Source: Candidatus Daviesbacteria bacterium RIFCSPHIGHO2_02_FULL_43_12
GTDB taxonomy: Bacteria; Patescibacteriota; Microgenomatia; Daviesbacterales; UBA10151
Direction of reading: 5' to 3'
Length of the DNA stretch: 60,054 nt
Assembly (NCBI GenBank): GCA_001776775.1
Contig: MFDD01000015.1
Span: 7,969-68,022 of the forward strand
The position numbers were made by a program, and so were the translations under genes. This document shows, one piece after another, positions 52,835 through 60,054 of this stretch (position 1 is the stretch's first letter; every line of letters starts with the position of its first letter). Below the pieces are notes generated by a model. That model did not search any database. It worked only from the letters and a program-made list of their open reading frames with translations, and was not told the DNA's origin.

Positions 52835-53557
52835 TTAACTAAATAAGTCGATTGCTGTTTGGTGAGCTTTAGTCTCCAGTTCGTCATCTAAAGGATCAAG
52901 GCTGTGGTCTTTTTTATATCTAATATCCAGTGCGGTTTTGAGCAGCCAGTCGGCTAAATGGGTGTTTTTTGGAAGGAGCGATCCATGCATATAACAGCCA
53001 ATGGCATTTTTGTAGATACAGCCTTCAAGCTTGTCTTCGCCGTTATTACCAAAGCCAACACTGACCGTCCCCAGGGGCAGAGCCCCTTTTTTAAGATATG
53101 TCTTTCCAGAGTGATTCTCAAAGCCCACCAGGTCTCCAAATTGAGTACTGATGACCAGGTTTCCAATCATGCGGTCAAAGCTGGCTTTGGTAAAGGCTGG
53201 AAAGATGCCTGCACCTGGTAGCTTAGGACCTTGATGGGGCTGATAATAGTCGCCCAAAAGCTGATAGCCACCACAGATTGAGAGTACTGGCACTCCCCGC
53301 TCAACTTCTATCTTTAATATCTTACCCTTACCACTTGATTCTAAGTCTCTGGCAACTGAAATTTGTGATTCGTCCTGGCCCCCACCAAAGAAAAATAGGT
53401 CAAACTCCCCTGGCTTTATCTTGTCGCCTAAGGAAACATTTTTTACTACCATAGAAATCCCTCTCCACTCTGCCCTCTTTTTGAGAGTCAGGATATTGCC
53501 GTTATCCCCATAGGTATTCATGCAATCTCCGTAAAGATGTCCAACTATAAGTTTCAT
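52835..53557 (-). CDS. gatD: Lipid II isoglutaminyl synthase, glutaminase subunit GatD (CobQ-type GATase)
   Basis: MKLIVGHLYGDCMNTYGDNGN..., catalytic ...ICGGYQLLG..., ...H.G... . ATGA overlap with the murT stop. SD AAGGAG. Confidence 0.85.
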   Translation of the reverse strand: MKLIVGHLYGDCMNTYGDNGNILTLKKRAEWRGISMVVKNVSLGDKIKPGEFDLFFFGGGQDESQISVARDLESSGKGKILKIEVERGVPVLSICGGYQLLGDYYQPHQGPKLPGAGIFPAFTKASFDRMIGNLVISTQFGDLVGFENHSGKTYLKKGALPLGTVSVGFGNNGEDKLEGCIYKNAIGCYMHGSLLPKNTHLADWLLKTALDIRYKKDHSLDPLDDELETKAHQTAIDLFS

Positions 53558-54879
53558 ACACTCTCCTTCCAATAGGCTTTTTTCAGTCCAGCCTGGGCTA
53601 GTATATTTTGTAAACTAAGTAGGGCGGTATAGGTAGGAAGAATAAAGACCCGGCTATTTTTAAGGTTTTTTTGGGATTTGGTAAATGCATCTTTTAGATC
53701 AGGTATAACCTCAATTTGGCTGGTATCGATTCCGGCATATTTCAGGCGAACTGCTAAATCATCTGCCCGTTTACCCGAGCAGATTAGCTTTGGACCTACG
53801 AGGTCCCGTGCGTCCGACCTCGACCTCGTAGGTCGGGGTGCAGCTGCTAACTTCTCAAATTCGGCGTCCCAGATCCAAGAAACATCGGTTCCATCGGCAA
53901 AATTGTCATTTAAAGCAATCAGTAGTCGGTCTCCTTTTTTTAACTCGCTGGCTATTGTTTCAAAAACTGCAGTTGCTCCGGCCGGATTTTTGATTAAAAA
54001 GATATAGCCCTCTCCCTTACCCAAGCGTAATTTTTCTACCCTGCCAAAAGCCGGGCTGTAATCTTGAATAATCTTATTAACATTTTGTAAAGGCAGATTA
54101 AGGGAGTAATAGACAGACAGGGCGGCTAAAAAATCATAAATGTGATATAGGCCTGGCATCGGCAGGTCAAAGTTCAAAATTGCTTGACCCAAGAATACTT
54201 TAATCCGACTTCCTTTTAGACCTAGGTTTTTGACAATTTTGGCAGTGATTAGTTTTTTTGAATCGGACTTTTTGACCACTTTTTCCCACTTGAGCCCGTA
54301 ATTTTGAACGAAAAAGCTCTCGGCATGCTCTGTTTCATCGACCAACGGTACCAGATGGCCGTCATTGCCATTGATCAACACCAGAGGTTCCCAGCCTATT
54401 TTAAAGAGGGTCTCTTTCCATTTTTTAACGATGGTATCCACTTCACCGTAACGGTCCAACTGATCTCGAAAGACATTCAAAAAAACAATGATTTGAGGTT
54501 TAAGAGAAAAAATAACATTATTAAAAGCAGCTTCGTCTAGTTCCCAAATTCCAATATCTTTTTGAATCTTTCCTGACAGACTAGCCTGTCCAATTAAAGT
54601 AGAAGCGATACCTCTTTCTAGGTTGGAGCCCGTTGAATTGCTCATGACAGAAAGCCCCTGAGCGGTCAGGAGCTGAGTCAGGATTCGACTAGTGGTGGTT
54701 TTGCCGTTTGTACCAGTAATAACTATATTCTGGGGAATTTGCCCAGCCAATTTGGAGACTAAATTAGGATCAATTTGCAGCGAATAAAGCCCCGGAGCAG
54801 CGCTTCCGCCACCTCTTTGCAGAATTTTAGAGGCCTTTAAAATTATTTTCCCAGCCAGTAGGGCTAGCTTTTTTCTCAT
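53554..54879 (-). CDS. murT: Lipid II isoglutaminyl synthase, Mur-ligase-like subunit MurT (carries an in-frame GC-rich palindrome)
   Basis: ITGTNGKTTTSRIL P-loop, Mur ligase middle domain, C-terminal ...DGTDVSWIWDAEFE... (DUF1727-type). Confidence 0.85.
   Translation of the reverse strand: MRKKLALLAGKIILKASKILQRGGGSAAPGLYSLQIDPNLVSKLAGQIPQNIVITGTNGKTTTSRILTQLLTAQGLSVMSNSTGSNLERGIASTLIGQASLSGKIQKDIGIWELDEAAFNNVIFSLKPQIIVFLNVFRDQLDRYGEVDTIVKKWKETLFKIGWEPLVLINGNDGHLVPLVDETEHAESFFVQNYGLKWEKVVKKSDSKKLITAKIVKNLGLKGSRIKVFLGQAILNFDLPMPGLYHIYDFLAALSVYYSLNLPLQNVNKIIQDYSPAFGRVEKLRLGKGEGYIFLIKNPAGATAVFETIASELKKGDRLLIALNDNFADGTDVSWIWDAEFEKLAAAPRPTRSRSDARDLVGPKLICSGKRADDLAVRLKYAGIDTSQIEVIPDLKDAFTKSQKNLKNSRVFILPTYTALLSLQNILAQAGLKKAYWKESV
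53792..53833. repeat. Perfect 13-bp-arm palindrome inside murT
   Basis: GACCTACGAGGTC (53792-53804), a 16-nt spacer, then GACCTCGTAGGTC (53821-53833). Encodes ...PRPTRSRSDARDLVGP... in frame. Confidence 0.8.
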
Positions 54880-54915
54880 GGGATTATTTTAATATAAAGC
54901 CGAATTGATTCCTAT

Positions 54916-55599
54916 CTATGGGATTCGTAAAGCAAGCTTGGCTGAAATCCCGGCAGTTTTGTTTTCGACATTGGCATGGATAACAGGAAGTTTATCGGCA
55001 GCTGGAGTTGCAGCTTCCATGGAAAAATGATTGTAGCTTGCGGCAAACTCGTTTAAATCCCTTAAAAAGAACTCGACATGACCTCCCCAGGCCTTGGAAG
55101 CAGCATACTTAGGATTGATAGTAAAAGGAGTGGTCAATCCCTTATCAATGTAATTTTTCTTTAAGCCCTCGGCCACTGTAAAAATACCTTCTCGCCAAGA
55201 CTTAAAGTAGATCGCCTGGGTACCGTAAACTCCCCACCCCCAACCGTTATGTGAGGTAAAGTTTGGATCAGTTCCCCCCGGCACAAATTTCCCGAAAGTA
55301 GATTCAACACCGGTAATAGCTGGAATTAGTTTCCAGTCAAGCTGATAGGTATCCGCAGCATCGATAAAGTCCATCGCATGAGCCTGGAGTGGTGAATTGA
55401 ACTTAGCGAAGTAATCACGAAGAATCAGAGCCCGCTGGTCTATTTCTTTTACTTCAACACGCATCTCTTGAGTTGGTTGTTGGATACGATGAGCCTCGGC
55501 GACCACCTTGGTCGTATTAAAAAGAAAAGGGATAACTAATCCTAAAAAAAGGAATCTATGAAAAATGGAGACTTTCAGGGCTTTGTTAATTTTTAACAT
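54916..55599 (-). CDS. Secreted peptidoglycan-hydrolase-like protein (lytic transglycosylase/glucosaminidase-like)
   Basis: Signal anchor. ...LIPAITGVESTFGKF... resembles the catalytic-Glu block of MltB/SLT_2-type enzymes. Confidence 0.45.
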   Translation of the reverse strand: MLKINKALKVSIFHRFLFLGLVIPFLFNTTKVVAEAHRIQQPTQEMRVEVKEIDQRALILRDYFAKFNSPLQAHAMDFIDAADTYQLDWKLIPAITGVESTFGKFVPGGTDPNFTSHNGWGWGVYGTQAIYFKSWREGIFTVAEGLKKNYIDKGLTTPFTINPKYAASKAWGGHVEFFLRDLNEFAASYNHFSMEAATPAADKLPVIHANVENKTAGISAKLALRIP

Positions 55600-55711
55600 A
55601 TTTTGTCGGCTTTTGGGCCTAAAAAAATCCTGGAGCTTTATGTTCCAGGATAGATCTTGCTGAATTCGTATTATAGGCTATATACGCACAAAAGTCAAAT
55701 CAGAGAACAGA

Positions 55712-56719
55712 TTAAAGGCTGAGAATGGTTTTGGCGAGGAGCTTACTATCATGACGTAATAAATGGGCATTATTGAGGTATTTAGCCAGGGGTTTCTGGA
55801 TAATCTTTATAGATGGAACAATTTCCAGGCAACGGTCACGATCTATCTCGACTGGTTCCTGACCGTCCTCGTGGTAAATTTTTAGAACTTTAGGATTCAA
55901 ATCGTTGCTACTTGCGATCATTACATCCAACCGATTATGGTCTACCAGATAGTCTAAGAAACTTTCCAAATGGTTTGAAGCTTTATAAAAGTCTGTCTCT
56001 CCCCTTTTAGTCATTAGGTTTAAAACAAGAATCACCTTGGCCTTACTTTTGGCGATCGCCTCTTGAACGCCCTCTATCAATAGATGCGGGAGGATACTGG
56101 TGTACAGGTCGCCTGCTGAAAAGATAATTTTTTGGGCCTCCAGGATCTTTTTGACCACTTCCTGGTTGGCCTTGGCCTGAGTATTGAAAAAAATACGTAC
56201 AATAGGGTCTTTGGGGTTAAAATCTTTGCGCAGCCTACGGTTATCAATATTAGTTTCTCCCTGGATCTCCAGGCCGCCTTGAGTCCGAGCAATTAGTCGA
56301 AGGTCGGTCAAAGTGGCCGGAAGTATGTTTACCTGCACCCGAAACAGCTTTCGGGCAGCCTCCAAACCTCTATCCTGACCGGCAAAAAGCCTCTCTAGGC
56401 GTGCAGTAATCAGATTTCCGACACTATGTCCCTTGAAGGGACCTTCGATATCGGCTAGTCGATCGTCAAACAGCTTTTGGGCCACTTCTTTTTGTTCTGC
56501 GCTTTCCATGCAGGCGAGTAAACACTGCCTGGCGTCTCCGGGAGGCAGAGTCCCCATCTCATCTCTGAGCCTACCGGAGCTTCCTCCGTCATCCCAGCCA
56601 CTGGGTACAGCAGTGATCATTGAGGGTTGGTTGAACTGGATTAGTCCACGGAGCAGATTAGATAATCCTGTTCCTCCCCCAAAAACTACTAACTTCTGAC
56701 TAGCTTTTGGTAATTTCAC
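55712..56719 (-). CDS. yvcK: YvcK/CofD-family (UPF0052) protein
   Basis: VVFGGGTGLSNLLRGL N-terminus, ...DDGGSSGRLR..., ...GPGSLYTSI-like (AGDLYTSILP). Confidence 0.85.
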   Translation of the reverse strand: MKLPKASQKLVVFGGGTGLSNLLRGLIQFNQPSMITAVPSGWDDGGSSGRLRDEMGTLPPGDARQCLLACMESAEQKEVAQKLFDDRLADIEGPFKGHSVGNLITARLERLFAGQDRGLEAARKLFRVQVNILPATLTDLRLIARTQGGLEIQGETNIDNRRLRKDFNPKDPIVRIFFNTQAKANQEVVKKILEAQKIIFSAGDLYTSILPHLLIEGVQEAIAKSKAKVILVLNLMTKRGETDFYKASNHLESFLDYLVDHNRLDVMIASSNDLNPKVLKIYHEDGQEPVEIDRDRCLEIVPSIKIIQKPLAKYLNNAHLLRHDSKLLAKTILSL

Positions 56720-56782
56720 TACCTTATTCTACACCTTTATTACTGATTGTGAGTAGTCTGACTTATGGGCTATAATGCCTCA

Positions 56783-58522
56783 ATGTGTGGAATCTTTGGG
56801 GTTATCACTACCAAATCAGACGCACCTTCGCAAGTCTTTTCTGGGCTATCAGATATCGAATATCGAGGCTATGATTCATGGGGCATCGCTAGTTTTATTG
56901 GAAATAGCTTTCAAGTTGTCAAAAATATTGGCTTTCTACCGAAAAAACTTACCCTGCCAAAAGCTAATTTAAGTATTGGGCATACTCGCTGGGCAACTCA
57001 TGGAGGTGTGACGGTGGCCAATGCCCACCCACACTTAGATTGCACCAAGAAACTGACTATCGTTCACAACGGTATTGTCGAAAACTATCAGGATCTCCAG
57101 AAAAAGCTTAAGGGGCATACCTTTGTTTCAGAAACAGATACAGAGGTGATAATTCATTTGATCGAAGAAAGGATGAAGACTGAAAAGAGCTTGTTACGAG
57201 CTGTAGCAGTAACTTTCCGGAGCCTAAAGGGTCTAAATGCGATCGTAGTTAGCGATGGTAAGTCGATTGTAGTCGCCAAAAAGGGCTCTCCGCTGGTAGT
57301 GGGTAAATCGAAGGATGGCTTTTTGGTAGCTTCTGATCCGAATGCCCTGCTTCCTTATACAAAAGAACTGCTTTTCTTAGAAGATGAAACGATTCTGGAA
57401 ATGAATGAGGGTTTATCTACCTATGGGGTTTTAGACCTTAAACCATTTAAACCAAGTTTTCAGACTGTTGATTGGGACTATTCTGCCTCAACTCTTAAAA
57501 ATTATCCCCATTTTATGCTTAAAGAGATGTATGAGCAGCCTCAGGTACTGCGTAATGTCTTGCAAAACTTAGACGGAATTAAAGATTTGGCAAAGGTTGT
57601 AAAAAAGGCTTATGGAACCTATTTAATCGGCTGCGGCACAGCTTCATATGCTTGTTTGCTTGGAGTTTATCTTTTTTCAGCTATTGCTAAAAAACATGTT
57701 AACTACTCTATTGGCTCAGAGTTCGACTATATCGAAGACTATCTAACGGATAAAAGCTTACTGATTGCTGTATCTCAAAGTGGTGAAACAATTGATGTCA
57801 TTGAGCCTGTTACCCATGCTAAGGTAAAGAAAACTACAATCGTGGCCTTGACAAATACATTAGGATCTACGCTTTATCGGATGGCTGATATTAAGTTACT
57901 GCTTCAGGCTGGTCCAGAAAAGGCGGTAGCTTCAACTAAAGCATATATTGCCATGCAGGCGAATATTCTACTGCTGAGTTTTGCCGTAGCCGGGAGACTG
58001 GAAGAAGGAGCCAGAATTGTCGAGAAGAGTGCAAAAGAAGTGGAGTCAGTGCTCAAGAAAATTCCTCAGATCAAAAAATTAGCCAACCGGATCTCTGCTG
58101 CTGATCATATGTACATACTTGGACGAGGTTTATCTTTTCCGATCGCCCTAGAGTCGGCGCTTAAAATCAAAGAAACTTCGTATATTCATGCCGAGGGCTT
58201 TGCCGGTGGTGAGCTCAAACACGGGGCCTTAGCCTTGATAACCACAGGAACTCCGGTCATTGTGTATGTTCCAAATGACGAAACAAAAGAAGCTGTTTTA
58301 GCTAATGCCACGGAAGTTAAGGCTAGAGGAGCTTTTGTAATTGGCGTATCTTTCCAAAATAATTCGGCTTTTGACTATTTTTTTGAAGTTAAAGACACCG
58401 GGGCTAGTTCGGTTATCCCGCATGTCGTTTTTGCCCAACTTTTGGGGTATCAGCTGTCGCTTAAACGAAAGATAAATCCGGATAAACCTCGGAATCTCGC
58501 CAAAAGTGTAGTGGTTAAATGA
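56783..58522 (+). CDS. glmS: Glutamine--fructose-6-phosphate aminotransferase
   Basis: MCGIFG (Cys must follow the initiator Met), ...GHTRWATHG..., two SIS domains, C-terminal ...NLAKSVVVK. TATAAT at 56771-56776 lies 6 nt before the ATG. Confidence 0.95.
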   Translation: MCGIFGVITTKSDAPSQVFSGLSDIEYRGYDSWGIASFIGNSFQVVKNIGFLPKKLTLPKANLSIGHTRWATHGGVTVANAHPHLDCTKKLTIVHNGIVENYQDLQKKLKGHTFVSETDTEVIIHLIEERMKTEKSLLRAVAVTFRSLKGLNAIVVSDGKSIVVAKKGSPLVVGKSKDGFLVASDPNALLPYTKELLFLEDETILEMNEGLSTYGVLDLKPFKPSFQTVDWDYSASTLKNYPHFMLKEMYEQPQVLRNVLQNLDGIKDLAKVVKKAYGTYLIGCGTASYACLLGVYLFSAIAKKHVNYSIGSEFDYIEDYLTDKSLLIAVSQSGETIDVIEPVTHAKVKKTTIVALTNTLGSTLYRMADIKLLLQAGPEKAVASTKAYIAMQANILLLSFAVAGRLEEGARIVEKSAKEVESVLKKIPQIKKLANRISAADHMYILGRGLSFPIALESALKIKETSYIHAEGFAGGELKHGALALITTGTPVIVYVPNDETKEAVLANATEVKARGAFVIGVSFQNNSAFDYFFEVKDTGASSVIPHVVFAQLLGYQLSLKRKINPDKPRNLAKSVVVK

Positions 58523-58548
58523 TTTAATACTTCTGGTACAATTGTTCA

Positions 58549-59760
58549 ATGGAAAATATCTCTTTAGTCATATTAGCTGGTGGTCTGGGTACAAGATTCC
58601 TGCCCCTTACCGAAACGACTCCGAAGCCTCTGATCAGGATAGCCAATAAACCGGCCTTAGAACATAACCTGGAAAAAGTCGCCCAACATTTTTCCGAGAT
58701 AGTCCTGCTGATTGGGTATCTTAAAGAAGAGGTTCAAAAGTATTTTGGAGATTCCTATAAAGGAGTACCTATTCGTTACATAGACCAAATTGAATATCTG
58801 GGAACAGGACACGCTTTAAACAGTGTCAAAGAATATATTACCTATGATGATTTTATCCTAATGTATGGAGATGACCTCTACGCCCCCATTTTTGTAGAAA
58901 AGTTATTAAAGATCCCCACCAGTGCAGTAATAGGAAAAGTGGTCGAGAATTGGCAGCAGTTTGGAGTCTTCAAATTAAAAGACGGCAATTTGCTGGATTC
59001 TATTGTCGAAAAACCAACTGAATACGTTGGTAATTTGGTAAATATCGGACTCTATAAACTAAATAAAAAAATCCTGCCTCTTTATGACCAAATAACCAAA
59101 TCTCCTCGAGGAGAATTTGAATTTACAGATATGCTGTCTCTTTTTGCCAAAGATAATCCGGTTGAGGTGATCCAGGTAGAATCTGGCTGGATTCCGCTAA
59201 GCTATCCTTGGGACATCCTCAAAGCTAATAAAGAACTACTCTCGGTAATTACTACTAATATTGAGGGAACTGTTGAGGCAGGGGTAACTGTTAAAGGTGA
59301 ATTAGTGCTGGGTAAGGGTTCGACTATTAAAAATGGAGCATACCTAGAAGGGAATTTTGTCATTGGTGAGAATTGTATTATTGGCCCTAACTGTTTTCTT
59401 AAAGAATACGCATCTATCGGCAATGACTGCGTAATCGGTAATGCCGTCGAGATCACCAGATCTATAATCGGTAATAAAACCTATATTCGCCATCTATCCT
59501 ATGTAGCGGACAGTATTATTGGTAATAATGTTAACTTAGCTGGCGGAACGATTGTCTCTACCTTGAAGCATACGGAGACGGGGGTAAAAATGATGATTAA
59601 TGGCAGCTTAGTCGATACTGGTCTGAAGAAGCTAGGAACAATTATTGGAGATAATGCTAAGACCGGAATCAATACTTCGATCTACCCAGGTCGGAAAATA
59701 GCCTCTGGTGCTTGGACTCTTCCGGGAGAGGTTGTTGATAAAGATAAAGAGGCAGAGTAA
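58549..59760 (+). CDS. GlmU-like bifunctional sugar-1-phosphate nucleotidyltransferase / left-handed beta-helix acyltransferase
   Basis: LAGGLGTRFLPLT..TPKPL nucleotidyltransferase signature plus C-terminal hexapeptide repeats (IGENCIIGPN..., IGNDCVIGN..., IGNNVNLAGG...). Confidence 0.75.
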   Translation: MENISLVILAGGLGTRFLPLTETTPKPLIRIANKPALEHNLEKVAQHFSEIVLLIGYLKEEVQKYFGDSYKGVPIRYIDQIEYLGTGHALNSVKEYITYDDFILMYGDDLYAPIFVEKLLKIPTSAVIGKVVENWQQFGVFKLKDGNLLDSIVEKPTEYVGNLVNIGLYKLNKKILPLYDQITKSPRGEFEFTDMLSLFAKDNPVEVIQVESGWIPLSYPWDILKANKELLSVITTNIEGTVEAGVTVKGELVLGKGSTIKNGAYLEGNFVIGENCIIGPNCFLKEYASIGNDCVIGNAVEITRSIIGNKTYIRHLSYVADSIIGNNVNLAGGTIVSTLKHTETGVKMMINGSLVDTGLKKLGTIIGDNAKTGINTSIYPGRKIASGAWTLPGEVVDKDKEAE

Positions 59761-59937
59761 AATTAGCCAAGTTTTGTTAGCCCAACTGGGTTGAACTATC
59801 TAAATGATAGTTCAACGGGTTAACTACCATTTTGACTCCGGTCAGCATAGTAGTTAAAGTTCACCCCGGAGGAATGGTGCCGAAGGCGAAAAAGAAATAT
59901 TGAGATCTAGGCGAAGGTTTAAAGGACACTTTTAAAA

Positions 59938-60020
59938 GCCCAAGTGGTGGAATGGTAGACACGTACGCTTCAGGTGCGTATGACCGTAAGGTTGTGGAGG
60001 TTCAACTCCTCTCTTGGGCA
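59938..60020 (+). tRNA. tRNA-Leu(CAG)
   Basis: GCCCAAG acceptor, anticodon arm TACGC-TTCAGGT-GCGTA, long variable arm, T loop TTCAACT, discriminator A. Confidence 0.9.
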
Positions 60021-60054
60021 CATTATCAATCTTGTAATTCGGTAAATATTCGGG

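Noticed and set aside
56720-56782. glmS ribozyme upstream of glmS.
   Set aside because: Only 63 nt separate yvcK from glmS. That stretch is occupied by a promoter-like TATAAT 6 nt from the ATG, leaving no room for the ~170-nt ribozyme core.
59826-59900. SRP (4.5S) RNA, suggested by ...GGTCAG...CCGGAGGAATGG...
   Set aside because: It lacks the conserved domain IV asymmetric/symmetric loop signature (…GGAA tetraloop flanked by AGCA/GGAAG). The resemblance is superficial.

Overview
This is about 60 kb of an AT-rich, tightly packed bacterial chromosome. Its content suggests a reduced-genome, CPR/Patescibacteria-like organism; this is inference from domain-trimmed aaRS genes, an archaeal-type TyrRS, a Ser-less ACP and many orphan genes. 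Most of the window is housekeeping:
- a type IV pilus/pseudopilin locus (5 prepilin-like genes, 2 PilX-like genes, pilMNO);
- trmD, a KH protein gene, rpsP, rnc, an ACP-like gene, nusB, rpmF and recG;
- an F1Fo ATP synthase operon that is physically broken up;
- murD/murE, murT/gatD, a class A PBP, glmS and a glmU-like gene;
- the conserved thrS-infC-rpmI-rplT...pheS-pheT cluster;
- a csoR-copA-copZ copper module, a DinJ/YafQ-like toxin-antitoxin pair, and 4 tRNAs.

The signals most worth follow-up, all read directly from the sequence:
1. A family of palindromic elements built from degenerate 7-nt words. They fill many intergenic spacers and also sit IN FRAME inside essential genes. A 32-nt core is identical in recG and murE, atpB holds a degenerate copy, and murT holds an unrelated GC-rich palindrome.
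2. A compact T-box-like leader with a canonical UGGAACC antiterminator bulge upstream of thrS.
3. An archaeal-type TyrRS together with a tRNA-Tyr candidate that has C1:G72 and a short variable arm.
4. A 4.4-kb orphan island between atpD and atpC. It holds a wHTH regulator with a degenerate NTPase domain, a 547-aa orphan, and two divergently transcribed beta-carbonic-anhydrase-like genes.
5. Repeated near-consensus promoters placed 6-8 nt from ATG codons, implying leaderless mRNAs.

I saw no CRISPR array, rRNA, integrase or transposase. All family calls rest on motif recognition by eye; no database search was possible.
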